Origin: Nannocystales bacterium
GTDB taxonomy: Bacteria; Myxococcota_A; Polyangia; Nannocystales; Nannocystaceae
Length of the DNA stretch: 64,000 nucleotides
Reading direction: 5' to 3'
Assembly: GCA_050633305.1 (NCBI GenBank)
Contig: JBOEGF010000018.1
Coordinates: 608,001-672,000 of the forward strand
Shown: positions 1 through 9,190 of the stretch, piece after piece
Layout of the letters: each line of letters starts with the position of its first letter
Position numbering within the stretch: the first letter of the stretch is position 1
The notes under the pieces: generated by a model
Databases searched by the model: none
Seen by the model: the letters and a program-made list of their open reading frames with translations, nothing else
What the model was told of the DNA's origin: nothing
Made by a program: the position numbers and the translations under genes

Positions 1-1
1 C

Positions 2-1246
2 TCCTTCACGAGCCTGGTCCTTGCTGCGAGTTGTTCGGATGCGGACTTGGAGGGCTCTGGCGGACCAACTGAGGATGTCGAGGACGAAGCCGCCTCCGAC
101 ACCGAATCCGATGCCGGGCCGTCGGACGAAGCCTGCGTTGGTGCAGGCGGCGATTTCGGGATCCTGGCGACGCACTCGCTGAGCGGAGAGCTTTCGGGGG
201 CGGAGGGACGATTGTCTGCTCCCGGTCTGATCCTTGGGCCGGACGGACTGTGGGCGAGCTTGGTGGCGGCCGAGGGAACCGACGCTTCCGGTCCGGTCGG
301 CGTCGAGATGCTGCTGGCCCACGACGGAGCGGTGCTTCAACCTACGGACCTCGTGGACGGTCGTTGGGCTGGGGGGATGTGGTGGCCCGGCGTGACTGGA
401 GCTGTGGTGAGTCAGTGCGAGGACCGCGTTCCGGGCTGGACGTTTGTGGGTCCGCTCGGTGTACCGCTGTCGCCGCGCGATGATCCTGGCGAAGCGTCGG
501 CCTGCGGACAGCCACCAAGCGCGGCGTGGGTCTCGGAGTCCAGCGCCTTGCTGGCCTGGCTGGATACCGACGTTCGCTGTGAAACGGGCCCGAGCTGTGT
601 CCGGGTCACCCGAGCAAACTCGCAGGGGCACGGACCCATCTACGACTTGTTCGATGGGGGCGACTCTGGGCCGGGAAACTCGGTCTCGGTGGCGGCGGGA
701 GCCGAGTCTGCGATGGTCGCGATGCTTCGTCTCGAGGAACAGGTCGAACTCGTGACCCAGCCGTTGGACCTCGAAGGAAACCCGACCGCTGCTCCGACCG
801 TGGCGGTGCTCCCGCCTTCGCCGGAGCCCGGAGAATCCGCGGTGTTCCTCGAGGCGCGGGTTGTCGCGGAGCAGGACGGGAGCTTCCACGTCTACGTCGG
901 CGGGTGGGGGTTCTCGATGGGTCGTATGCATGTTGCTGCCGACGGCGAGCCCCTCGAGCCGGTCACGGCGCTGCCTCCCGTCGTCGGTCTCAACGTGTGG
1001 GGCGTCTACAACAGCGAACTCCGCGGGGTGTACCCTCGTCCCGGTGGGTGGGTTGCTGTCGGACAAGCGGTCATGGGCGGGCAGGTCCTCACCTTGCTCT
1101 GTGCGCTCAGCTACGAAGGCGAGCTGGTCGGACATGTCGTTCTCCCCCGCTACGACGTCGCGGTCGTCGCCGACGCGGAGCGGTTGTGGGCGCTGGGGGT
1201 GAGTGGCGGGGTTGACCTCTACGAGCTTGGCTGTGTCCCGCCTTGA
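2..1246 (+). CDS. Hypothetical lipoprotein, 5' partial (starts upstream of window)
   Basis: Frame is open from base 2 (SFTSLVLAASCSDAD...) with lipobox-like LAAS-C, an acidic linker and a beta-rich body; stop at 1246. Confidence 0.6.
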   Translation, partial: SFTSLVLAASCSDADLEGSGGPTEDVEDEAASDTESDAGPSDEACVGAGGDFGILATHSLSGELSGAEGRLSAPGLILGPDGLWASLVAAEGTDASGPVGVEMLLAHDGAVLQPTDLVDGRWAGGMWWPGVTGAVVSQCEDRVPGWTFVGPLGVPLSPRDDPGEASACGQPPSAAWVSESSALLAWLDTDVRCETGPSCVRVTRANSQGHGPIYDLFDGGDSGPGNSVSVAAGAESAMVAMLRLEEQVELVTQPLDLEGNPTAAPTVAVLPPSPEPGESAVFLEARVVAEQDGSFHVYVGGWGFSMGRMHVAADGEPLEPVTALPPVVGLNVWGVYNSELRGVYPRPGGWVAVGQAVMGGQVLTLLCALSYEGELVGHVVLPRYDVAVVADAERLWALGVSGGVDLYELGCVPP

Positions 1247-1253
1247 ACCGATG

Positions 1254-2492
1254 TCAGGGGGTCGCCAGCAGCTGGTGGATGCCGTCTAAACCGCCCACCA
1301 CAAGGTCCTGGTTCCCGTCGCGGTCGACATCGAAGAGGACGACCGAGCCGACACCGTGGGGGTAGGAGATGGAGCGTCGCTCGAACACGCCGGGGTGCGT
1401 TTGAGCGAGCACGACGATGTGGTCGAAGTCCGGGGGCTCGTTCTCCGCTGGAGGCGACGTGACGTCGCGCGTGAGCATGTCTAGTCGACCGTCTCCGTCG
1501 ATGTCACCGACGCTGAGCGTCAGCGGTGGCCACCCAAGCTGGAGCGAGTCGGAGATCGTGACCCCGCTTGTGGGGTCGTACCGGGCAATCAGAAGCTCGG
1601 CGCTTGGGGTGCTGAGCAGCAGTTCGTCCCGCGAGTCGCCGTCGAGGTCTGTGACCGCAAGAAGTGTGGTGTCCACAGGGATCGTGAGTGTGGCGCTCAC
1701 CTCGTACCCGATCCCTGTCTCGTCCAAGCGAAGCACGGCGAGGTTGCCGTCGACCGGCGCGGCGAGCTCGGGGACCGCGTCCCCGTCCAAGTCGCCGGAG
1801 AGCAAGGAGTCCGTCGGGAACACTGGAAGCGGGGCCGCTCCGACCACTCCGGAGGGATAGACCAACCAGCTATCCCAGCGGTCTCGGGCATGGTTCGGGC
1901 TGAATATGCGACCGGGGAGATCTCCATGAGAGGGCACTCCGTCGACCTGAGATGAGCCGCCGGAGACCGCGGCGATCGGCACCAGTGCGTCCTCCTCAAA
2001 GGACAGAACTTGGCAGACGCCAATACTGTAGGCGCTGCAGTACAAAAACTCGTCAAAACCGTCGCCGTCGATGTCGAGAACTTCACCCTCGACTCGCTCT
2101 GTGGTTGAGCCGAACCACTGCTCACGGAGGGAGTCCGTGCCGTCGCGAAACAAGACCCGGACATGCACTTCGCGATTGTCGACGAGCAAGGCATCGCCCT
2201 CGGACAGATGTACGGGCTCGAGCCGGCCTGAGCGTTCGGCGACCAGAGTCCGGGCCCCAAAGCAGAGTTTGCCCGGCGCCGTCACTCCCGTCCCGCAGGG
2301 GGCGCAGACGCCTTCATCGCAGAATAGGCCGTTCGTGCAGCCCAAGGTCGCTTCACAGGGCGCGCCCGCTTCCTGGGTCGGGCCGAGACCGGTTCCCTCG
2401 GCGCCCTCAGGCGATGACTCCTCCGCACAGCCCAATGTAGCGAGCAATCCCAACAGCACCAGGGGGCGGCGCCGGATTCGAAGTCTAAGCAC
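1254..2492 (-). CDS. FG-GAP/VCBS-repeat lipoprotein
   Basis: Basic N-terminus and LATLG-C lipobox; Cys-rich segment; repeated Ca-binding motifs DIDGDGFDE, DLDGDAVPE, DLDGDSRDE, DIDGDGRLD, DVDRDGNQD. Confidence 0.8.
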   Translation of the reverse strand: MLRLRIRRRPLVLLGLLATLGCAEESSPEGAEGTGLGPTQEAGAPCEATLGCTNGLFCDEGVCAPCGTGVTAPGKLCFGARTLVAERSGRLEPVHLSEGDALLVDNREVHVRVLFRDGTDSLREQWFGSTTERVEGEVLDIDGDGFDEFLYCSAYSIGVCQVLSFEEDALVPIAAVSGGSSQVDGVPSHGDLPGRIFSPNHARDRWDSWLVYPSGVVGAAPLPVFPTDSLLSGDLDGDAVPELAAPVDGNLAVLRLDETGIGYEVSATLTIPVDTTLLAVTDLDGDSRDELLLSTPSAELLIARYDPTSGVTISDSLQLGWPPLTLSVGDIDGDGRLDMLTRDVTSPPAENEPPDFDHIVVLAQTHPGVFERRSISYPHGVGSVVLFDVDRDGNQDLVVGGLDGIHQLLATP

Positions 2493-2513
2493 GTGCCATC
2501 ATTGTATCAGCCC

Positions 2514-3404
2514 ATGCCCGTGCGCCTCGAACTTGTGGTCTCGACCATCTTTGCCCTGGGTTGCAATCCGGGCCGCTCGGGTCAATCCAACAGCGGCGGC
2601 ATGGGCGACAGTGGGTCGATGGAATCGATGGCTGCTACCGGTTTGGTGGGAGCGACGGAGGGTTCAGGCATGGTCCCAGAGGCGTCCACGCAGGGGGCAT
2701 CCGAGGAGACGGGCGGCGAGTCATCCGTCTGCACCGAGGTCCACATTGGCGACCTCGTCCTCAGTACACAAGATGACGTCGAGGCTTCGGCTCGATTGCG
2801 TGAGGTTCAGGGCTCGCTCACGATCTCGGGAAACGTGGCGAGCCTGGCGGCGCTCGGTTGCCTCGAGACAATCGCGGGCGGGCTGACTGTCGATGAGACC
2901 CGTGGCCTCCGGAACCTCGAGGGGTTGGGGCAGCTCGCGGATGTTGGCGGTTGGCTCACCGCCACAAGCAACCCCGACCTCGAGAGCCTCGAAGGCCTCT
3001 CTTCGCTCCGTTTCGTGTCCTGGATCTACCTCGGGCGAAACGGTCTGACCCACCTTGGTCTCTCAGACTTGCAAGCTGCTGAGGGGATCGTGGTGGGGGG
3101 ATGCAGTCTGGATGGGGCTCGGGACTCGGGGGAGCCGCTGCTCGTCGACTTTGATGGGCTCGACGCTCTCCTCGCGCTGGGTGTCGTCGCGATCTACGAA
3201 TCGCCGATGCTCATGCGGCTGAGTGGACTCGAAGCCTTCGCCCAGCGGGGCGGACAGATCCTCTCACTGTCGTTGTGGTTCAACGAACAGTTCGATCTTG
3301 GGTCTGTGACGGACGCTACGGACCTCTTCGAGGGCACCCATATCGATGCGTGTGGAAACGAAGGTCAGAGCACGGAGCGGTGTTTCTGTCCTCCACCGCC
3401 ATAG
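2514..3404 (+). CDS. Receptor-L-domain/leucine-rich-repeat-like lipoprotein
   Basis: FALG-C lipobox; repeats of LxxLxGLxxLxxVGGxL type (LRNLEGLGQLADVGGWL, LESLEGLSSLRFV); ATG 2514 preferred over GTG 2493. Confidence 0.7.
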   Translation: MPVRLELVVSTIFALGCNPGRSGQSNSGGMGDSGSMESMAATGLVGATEGSGMVPEASTQGASEETGGESSVCTEVHIGDLVLSTQDDVEASARLREVQGSLTISGNVASLAALGCLETIAGGLTVDETRGLRNLEGLGQLADVGGWLTATSNPDLESLEGLSSLRFVSWIYLGRNGLTHLGLSDLQAAEGIVVGGCSLDGARDSGEPLLVDFDGLDALLALGVVAIYESPMLMRLSGLEAFAQRGGQILSLSLWFNEQFDLGSVTDATDLFEGTHIDACGNEGQSTERCFCPPPP

Positions 3405-3474
3405 TCGGGACCCGGACTCACGGGATGGCAAGCTCCAGCCGTCACGCCGTAGAGTCTGCTAGGGTCTGCGACTG

Positions 3475-4443
3475 GTGAGGGGCTCTTCGTTCAGCGGCCG
3501 CCGCGTTCTCGTGACGGGCGCGGATGGCTTCATGGGTTCGCATCTCACCGAGCGTCTGCTCGGACTGGGTGCGGAGGTGAGCGTCCTCGTTCGTCCGCGC
3601 TCGGTCACGGGGACGGTCGGCGCGGAGTTCCGCAACTTGGGCCCGGTGGCGGGCAAGCTTCATCGGGTGGTCGCGACGGACGTTGCGGGGCCCGATGCAG
3701 AGGCCGCGATCGCGGACCTTTGCCCATCGGTGATCTTCCATCTCGCCGCCGATGCCTACGTCGAGCGTTCGTTCTCACACCCTCGGGAGGTCTTGCGAAC
3801 CAACATGGACGGCACGATGACGGTGCTGGAAGCTGCGCGTCGCAACCCGGGCATCGAGCGTGTGGTCGTGACGAGTAGCTCGGAGGTCTATGGACCGGCG
3901 CAAGACGAGCGGATGGCGGAGGACCACCCGCTGCAGCCCACGTCGCCGTATGCGGCGTCGAAGGTCGCCGCGGACCGGATGGCGATCGCGTACCACCGGA
4001 CGTACGGGACCCCGGTGGCGATCATCCGGCCGTTCAACACCTACGGACCCCGCCATGTCTACGACGTGATCCCCAAGTTCATCGCCCGCGCGCTGGCGGG
4101 GCAGCCGCTGCTGGTGTTCGGCGACGGTCTCCAGAGTCGTGACTTCACCTATGTGGACGACATGGTTGCGGCGTTCTTGTGCATGGGCGCGCACCCGGAT
4201 GCGTTGGGTCAGGTTGTGCACTTTGGCTCCGGCCAGGCGACCAGCATCGCGGCTCTCGCCAAGGCCGTGGCGGCTGCGGTCGGGGGGGACGTCCGCATCG
4301 AGTCCGCCCCGGCCCGAGCCGCGGAGGTCGCACGCCTGTGCTGTGACGCGACGCGGGCCGAGTCGTTGCTCGGTTGGACACCCCGGGTTGCCTTGAGCGA
4401 GGGTTTGGCTCGCAACGTTGCATGGATGCGCGAGCGAGCCTGA
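3475..4443 (+). CDS. NAD-dependent NDP-sugar epimerase/4,6-dehydratase (extended SDR, RmlB-like)
   Basis: GADGFMG Rossmann motif, HLAA, TSSSEVYG, YAASK catalytic motif, RPFNTYGP, RDFTYVDD. Confidence 0.9.
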   Translation: MRGSSFSGRRVLVTGADGFMGSHLTERLLGLGAEVSVLVRPRSVTGTVGAEFRNLGPVAGKLHRVVATDVAGPDAEAAIADLCPSVIFHLAADAYVERSFSHPREVLRTNMDGTMTVLEAARRNPGIERVVVTSSSEVYGPAQDERMAEDHPLQPTSPYAASKVAADRMAIAYHRTYGTPVAIIRPFNTYGPRHVYDVIPKFIARALAGQPLLVFGDGLQSRDFTYVDDMVAAFLCMGAHPDALGQVVHFGSGQATSIAALAKAVAAAVGGDVRIESAPARAAEVARLCCDATRAESLLGWTPRVALSEGLARNVAWMRERA

Positions 4444-6035
4444 CGCGCGGCCCTCTAGGGCTGGTCCTCCTGCTGGCGGGGTTCTGCGCCTTGGCAGGGC
4501 TGGGGTTGAAGGACGGCCGGTACCTGCACGACGAGGGGCTGCTGACCCACCTGTTTGCGCTTGTCACGTCGCGTGACCCCGCGGCGGGGTTCTTCCTGCA
4601 GAAGAGCCGGCCGCCCATCAGCGCTCTGTACGCACCGTTGTCCGGGTCTCTCGAACTGTTCTTCTGGGCCCACATTCTCGTCGGTGCGCTTGGCATCGCC
4701 GCGCTGTGGGGCGCTGCGCGGGCGCTGGGCCATCGCGTCCCTCTACTCGCCCCAGGCGTCCTGGCTCTCTCGCCGCTGTTCATCGGCGGATCGGTGGCGG
4801 GTCTCTCCAACGCCGATGTGGTGACCGGCCTGTGCGTCGTCGCTTGGCTGCATGCCAGCGATCGGCGGGGCGCCGCGGCGGTGGTGCTCGGAGTGTTGCC
4901 GTGGATTCGCGCGGAGGTGGCGGTGCTTGCGATGTTGTTCGCCATCTCCGCGGTCCGTCGCGCCGCATGGAAGGAACTCGGCGCCCTCGCTGCGTTTGGC
5001 GCAGTCTACGGGCTCGCGGGCATCAGCTATCACCGCGACCCCGTATGGTTCCTGCACTTCCCGCCCGCGCTTCCCGAGCCGATGCCGAACAATCCGTACT
5101 GGGCGGATCACGCCGGGGCTGCAAGCCTGGCCACGCTTGTCGGCGCCGCGGTGGCGCTCACTCCCGTTTCGCCGGCGCTTGCGCTGGTCCGCTGGAAGAG
5201 CCTACGTAGCACCGAACGACTGGGCCTGTGGTTCTGCCTGACGTTCGTCGGGGCGTTGGTCGTGCTTCCAGTGTGGCAGGTCTTCAACTTCGACACCTCG
5301 CCGCGTTACCTGCTTCCGGTGGTGCCCTTCGTCGGCCTGGCGATTGGCCGAGCTGCAGGGGGATGGATCGATGAACTGGATGAGCCGGGCCGCTTCGCGC
5401 TGCCGCTGCTGTGCCTCATGGCGTTGTTGGCCTACGCGGGAGCCGCATCGGCTTCGCATCCCACGGGACTGATCGCCGTGTGCGTTGTTGCGGTGGCACT
5501 CACAGCGCACCGCGCTGCCGCGGCGGGGCTTGCCGGGACCACGCTCGGGGTGCTGGCACTGTGTGGGCCGTGGTTTTTCGCGGACGGGGGCCAACTCGAC
5601 AGTCGAGCGACGGTGCCCCACTTGGCGCCCATGATCGACCGCCTGGGTGAAGTCGTGGGCGAGCAGCCGAAGGTGGTCTACACGAACGAGCCGCTGCTGG
5701 CTTCGAGCTTGGCACGCTCCGGGCGGTTGCCGAACGTGACGGTGTTCTACATCGTGCAAGAGGACCAACGCTTCGAACTCGAGCGGCTGGCGAACCCTGC
5801 GGTTGGGCAGCGAGAGGCGCTGTGGGAGGCGATGACGCCCAACGCATACGGACGGCCGGTGCGTCCTGACGCGTTGCGCCCAGATACCGTGCCCGTGGGA
5901 GCCATCTTCGCGTTGACCAAGGACAGCCGCCTGCCCTTGGTCATGCCGCCGGAGCGATGGAAGGGTCTGTTGCGTGTCGTGGCGCCGGGCTACGACATGA
6001 CGATCGAAGAGCGCGTCGAGCGGGGGACTCCATGA
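4422..6035 (+). CDS. Polytopic membrane protein, possible GT-C-fold glycosyltransferase
   Basis: Many hydrophobic segments; acidic HDE after TM1; IRAE and PRYLLP motifs typical of GT-C enzymes; soluble C-terminal domain; overlaps the dehydratase stop. Confidence 0.55.
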   Translation: MDARASLTRGPLGLVLLLAGFCALAGLGLKDGRYLHDEGLLTHLFALVTSRDPAAGFFLQKSRPPISALYAPLSGSLELFFWAHILVGALGIAALWGAARALGHRVPLLAPGVLALSPLFIGGSVAGLSNADVVTGLCVVAWLHASDRRGAAAVVLGVLPWIRAEVAVLAMLFAISAVRRAAWKELGALAAFGAVYGLAGISYHRDPVWFLHFPPALPEPMPNNPYWADHAGAASLATLVGAAVALTPVSPALALVRWKSLRSTERLGLWFCLTFVGALVVLPVWQVFNFDTSPRYLLPVVPFVGLAIGRAAGGWIDELDEPGRFALPLLCLMALLAYAGAASASHPTGLIAVCVVAVALTAHRAAAAGLAGTTLGVLALCGPWFFADGGQLDSRATVPHLAPMIDRLGEVVGEQPKVVYTNEPLLASSLARSGRLPNVTVFYIVQEDQRFELERLANPAVGQREALWEAMTPNAYGRPVRPDALRPDTVPVGAIFALTKDSRLPLVMPPERWKGLLRVVAPGYDMTIEERVERGTP

Positions 6036-6487
6036 TCTGGCGATGGGGACCGTCGGCACTGCTGTGTCTGCTTTGCATCGCGGGTGTGCTGCATCGTCTT
6101 GGCGGGTCGGCACCGCAAGAGAGAGCCAGTCGACAACAACCCGCGCCCCCAGAGGCCTTGGCGTTGCTGGACGGTCTCCAAGTGGGGGAGAAACTGGCAG
6201 GGTGGACGGTGCTGGGCATCACCGGACCGAAGGATCGGGTGCTTCGTATCGACGTTGCGCACGCCGAGATTCGGTTCTCGATCTCTGTCGCCGCCCAGGG
6301 GGCGGTGGAGTATCCGGCGCCGCGCACGACCGAAACCTACGAACTCTACTACGGGCATCCGCACCCACGGGACACGGAGATCCCCGAGTCCGCCACGCGT
6401 GCGATCATGGCCGGAATCGAGCGCCGCGTCCGCCGGAACGAGGCCACGGTCGAGGTTCCTGGCATGTCGACCGAGACGCCTCCATAA
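6032..6487 (+). CDS. Exported/membrane-anchored hypothetical protein (paralog of 7581-8102)
   Basis: ATGA overlap with upstream stop; N-terminal hydrophobic segment; body aligns by eye to the 7581-8102 product. Confidence 0.7.
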   Translation: MIWRWGPSALLCLLCIAGVLHRLGGSAPQERASRQQPAPPEALALLDGLQVGEKLAGWTVLGITGPKDRVLRIDVAHAEIRFSISVAAQGAVEYPAPRTTETYELYYGHPHPRDTEIPESATRAIMAGIERRVRRNEATVEVPGMSTETPP

Positions 6488-6530
6488 AAATCCGAAGGCG
6501 GCGCGAACCGCCGGAGGGTACGGTTGTTGG

Positions 6531-7049
6531 ATGCGGGGTAGGGCGATCGTGGGAGTGCTGGTGTCGGCGGTCGTCTCCGGTTGTGACTCCGCACCCTGCG
6601 TCGAGATGCTCAGCGCTCCGGAGAAGGCCCTTCATGCCCTCCCGGGGATGTTGGTCGCCTACGCCGTCGCATGGGCTGGTCTCGACGCGGCGCGCTTCGT
6701 GCTGAGGGCACCTGAGACCGGGGCGGGTCGGGTCGCTGGGATCTGTGCGTTGGGGGTCGGAACCGTCGGCCTCGCGGGCGTGGTGCCGGATTTCTTTCCG
6801 CTGCTGCTGGGTGTGCTCGTGGTGTGCTTGCTTCCGATGGCGTGGGTCGGTCGCATGGTCCGAGCGACGTCGGAGCGCTCCGTCTGGCGTACGGCCGGCG
6901 CACTGGCCTGCACCGCCGCCACGGGGGTGTTCCTCTGTGGGCTCGCGGCGGCGAACGTCGCGTTGGTGACCGGGGCGGGTCGAGTCTGCGCTCCGTCAGC
7001 GGTGAGCGCACCGAGCGTCGCCCCGGCGGACATCCGTTCGCAACAGTAG
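6531..7049 (+). CDS. Small membrane protein with lipobox-like N-terminus
   Basis: MRGRAIVGVLVSAVVSG-C followed by about four hydrophobic segments. Confidence 0.55.
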   Translation: MRGRAIVGVLVSAVVSGCDSAPCVEMLSAPEKALHALPGMLVAYAVAWAGLDAARFVLRAPETGAGRVAGICALGVGTVGLAGVVPDFFPLLLGVLVVCLLPMAWVGRMVRATSERSVWRTAGALACTAATGVFLCGLAAANVALVTGAGRVCAPSAVSAPSVAPADIRSQQ

Positions 7050-7080
7050 GGTCGGTCGCCTCGATCCCCGCGGCGCGGAG

Positions 7081-7584
7081 TCAGCCCCGAACCGCGCGCA
7101 GTTCGAGGTCTTTCCCAAACGACTCGAGGTACGACTCGGGCACTCCGGGGCACGCGGGGCGGGCGTCACATCCTTCGCAGACTTCGGCGAAGGTATGCGA
7201 GGTCGATGGCGCAGCGAATTCAGCGTGCGGTCCGAGGACACACGCGGGGAGTCCCGAGGTCCGAACGAGGAGGCCCGCCCGCCGCGCAATGCTGGCGGCG
7301 TGCAGGACTCGCGGGGCAACCATGCCCAGTCGAGAGGGGGACAATCCGTGCCGCTGGGGCCCGGGCCAGGTCAGCGTCCACCGACGGACCTTCTCTCGCA
7401 GGGGCGGCCCGGACAGCCAGCGAGCGAGCCCTGCCAGGTTCCGGACGTTGGCACGAGTGACCAGGGAAACGATCTCGACCGCCGCCGCTGCGCGCAGCGT
7501 GGAAATCGCTTCGTCGTAGTCACCGGGCTGCCCGGCGACGTGGTCATGGATCGCAGCGGTGGCACCGTGGAGCGCGAGCGTCAC
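7081..7584 (-). CDS. N-truncated radical SAM paralog (C-terminal barrel half plus CxxCx5CxG domain; no CxxxCxxC)
   Basis: LHGATAAIHD, VTRANVRNL, GLPACVL and CEGCDARPACPG align with the C-terminal half of 8180-9130; GTGA overlap with upstream stop; upstream frame has no start codon or rSAM motif before the next stop. Confidence 0.7.
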   Translation of the reverse strand: MTLALHGATAAIHDHVAGQPGDYDEAISTLRAAAAVEIVSLVTRANVRNLAGLARWLSGPPLREKVRRWTLTWPGPQRHGLSPSRLGMVAPRVLHAASIARRAGLLVRTSGLPACVLGPHAEFAAPSTSHTFAEVCEGCDARPACPGVPESYLESFGKDLELRAVRG

Positions 7585-8102
7585 GACTGCAACGGAACGC
7601 CGAAGGTGCCGTCGGGGTGCTCGGTCTCTCGGGCCCGCAGCGTCAACAGCGAGGGCAAGTCGTTCTCGCTCGCCTCGAGCACGCGGGCCAGCGCCATCGC
7701 GCCCAAGCCCTCGGTCTCATCCGTGGATGTGCCACCGTCTCCACGGTTGGAGACGTAGACGCTGAAGTGCTCCGTGTTGCCCACGCCTTGTGGTCCGCCC
7801 GGGTCTCGGGCGAGGACATCGACTTGGTAGCGCTCGCCTGCGTGGGTTTCGAGGACCACCGGAAGGGCGCCGAGAGTGACCGGGTAGACCGCGATCACGC
7901 GGACTTTGGTCCCGGGGAGCACGGTCCCTGGCTCGAGCGAGGGCATCTCGATTGTGGCGACCTGGGTCTCGCCGTCCTTGCGGTTCTGCGCGAGTGCGCC
8001 CGCGCCGACGGCCGCGCCTGCGACCGCCAAGCCAGCCACGACGGTGCGTCGCCGCATCTGAGGATTGCCGTCGTTGCTGTCGCGTTGCTCGTCCATCGCC
8101 AT
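7581..8102 (-). CDS. Tat-signal exported hypothetical protein (paralog of 6032-6487)
   Basis: RRRTVV twin-arginine-like motif, hydrophobic stretch ending ALA; start ATG 8102 or 8096. Confidence 0.7.
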   Translation of the reverse strand: MAMDEQRDSNDGNPQMRRRTVVAGLAVAGAAVGAGALAQNRKDGETQVATIEMPSLEPGTVLPGTKVRVIAVYPVTLGALPVVLETHAGERYQVDVLARDPGGPQGVGNTEHFSVYVSNRGDGGTSTDETEGLGAMALARVLEASENDLPSLLTLRARETEHPDGTFGVPLQS

Positions 8103-8179
8103 CCCGCCCTGACAACCACGGTAGAGCCCCGCGCCCCGATGGGTCAAGAACGTCGCCTGATAAGGTTCTGCCGACCCCT

Positions 8180-9130
8180 GTGGCAGGCCTGCTCGACATC
8201 ATCCTCGGCTACGACTGCAACCTGGCCTGTACCTACTGCACCATCACCGAATCGATGCGCGCACGCGCGCTTCCGGCTCGGGCGGTCGCAGCGGAGTTGA
8301 GCCGCGGGCGCAGCAACGGGTTCGACCAGGTGTCGTTTACCGGGGGCGAACCGACGATTCGAGGCGATCTGCTGCCCTTGGTGCGCCGCGCCGCCGAGTT
8401 GGGGTACCGCAGCATCAAGGTCCAGAGCAATGGGCTGCTGCTGGGGGTCGGAGACAACGCCGCGCGTCTGTTGGATGCAGGGGTTACCTGTGTGCACATC
8501 TCGATTCACACCCACGAAGTCGCGGCCTACGAAGCGATGGTTCGGCGGGAGGGCACGCATCGGCACATGAAACGCGGCCTCGAGGTCCTCGCAGCGACCG
8601 GCGTCGAGCTTGGCGCCGACGTGATCCTCGAGGCCGATACGCTCTCCAGGCTGCCATCGGCCGTCGATTGGCTGGCGGCCCGGGGGGTGCGGGCAGCCGA
8701 CCTGTGGTTCGTCTCGCTGACCGACGGCAACGCGAAGCGGACCGCGAGTCTGCCCAGCATGAGCGAGGCCGTGCCCTTCATCGGCCAGGCCCGAGTTCGA
8801 GCCGAGTCTCATGGCATGAGGCTCCGCTCGTTGCACATCCCGCCATGCATCCTTGGCGAGCACGCCGACTTGGCGCATAACCCCGCGCTGCAGCGGGTTC
8901 GCGTGGTCAGTCCCGATGCCGTCTTCGACCTCGCCGACAGTGCGATCACTCCCCGCGAACACGTTCCGGCTTGCGACGGATGTACCGAGCGGACGACCTG
9001 CGGCGGTCTGCGCCCGGACTACATCGCCGAGATGGGAGACGTGGAGGTCGCCATGGCCCGTGGAATGGAGCCGTCCCGTCGGGGCCGGCGCAGACTCTCG
9101 GTGGTGAGGTCTGCGACGCCCGAGGGCTGA
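8180..9130 (+). CDS. Radical SAM protein, HxsC-like with C-terminal CxxCx5CxG motif
   Basis: CNLACTYC, FTGGEPT, QSNG, IPPCIL, CDGCTERTTCGG; GTG 8180 is the likely start because the longer ORF overlaps the divergent gene. Confidence 0.88.
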   Translation: MAGLLDIILGYDCNLACTYCTITESMRARALPARAVAAELSRGRSNGFDQVSFTGGEPTIRGDLLPLVRRAAELGYRSIKVQSNGLLLGVGDNAARLLDAGVTCVHISIHTHEVAAYEAMVRREGTHRHMKRGLEVLAATGVELGADVILEADTLSRLPSAVDWLAARGVRAADLWFVSLTDGNAKRTASLPSMSEAVPFIGQARVRAESHGMRLRSLHIPPCILGEHADLAHNPALQRVRVVSPDAVFDLADSAITPREHVPACDGCTERTTCGGLRPDYIAEMGDVEVAMARGMEPSRRGRRRLSVVRSATPEG

Positions 9131-9190
9131 GGAACCCGTACACCGCAGAGGTGGCGAGGCCTCTCGATGCGCTCTACCCTGCGGACATCC

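Noticed and set aside
7952..8179. N-terminal extension of the radical SAM ORF, and similar extensions on cheB, cheR, cheA, the MCP, the sigma factor and TetR
   Set aside because: They overlap neighbouring genes and are low-information; downstream starts give clean stop/start coupling.
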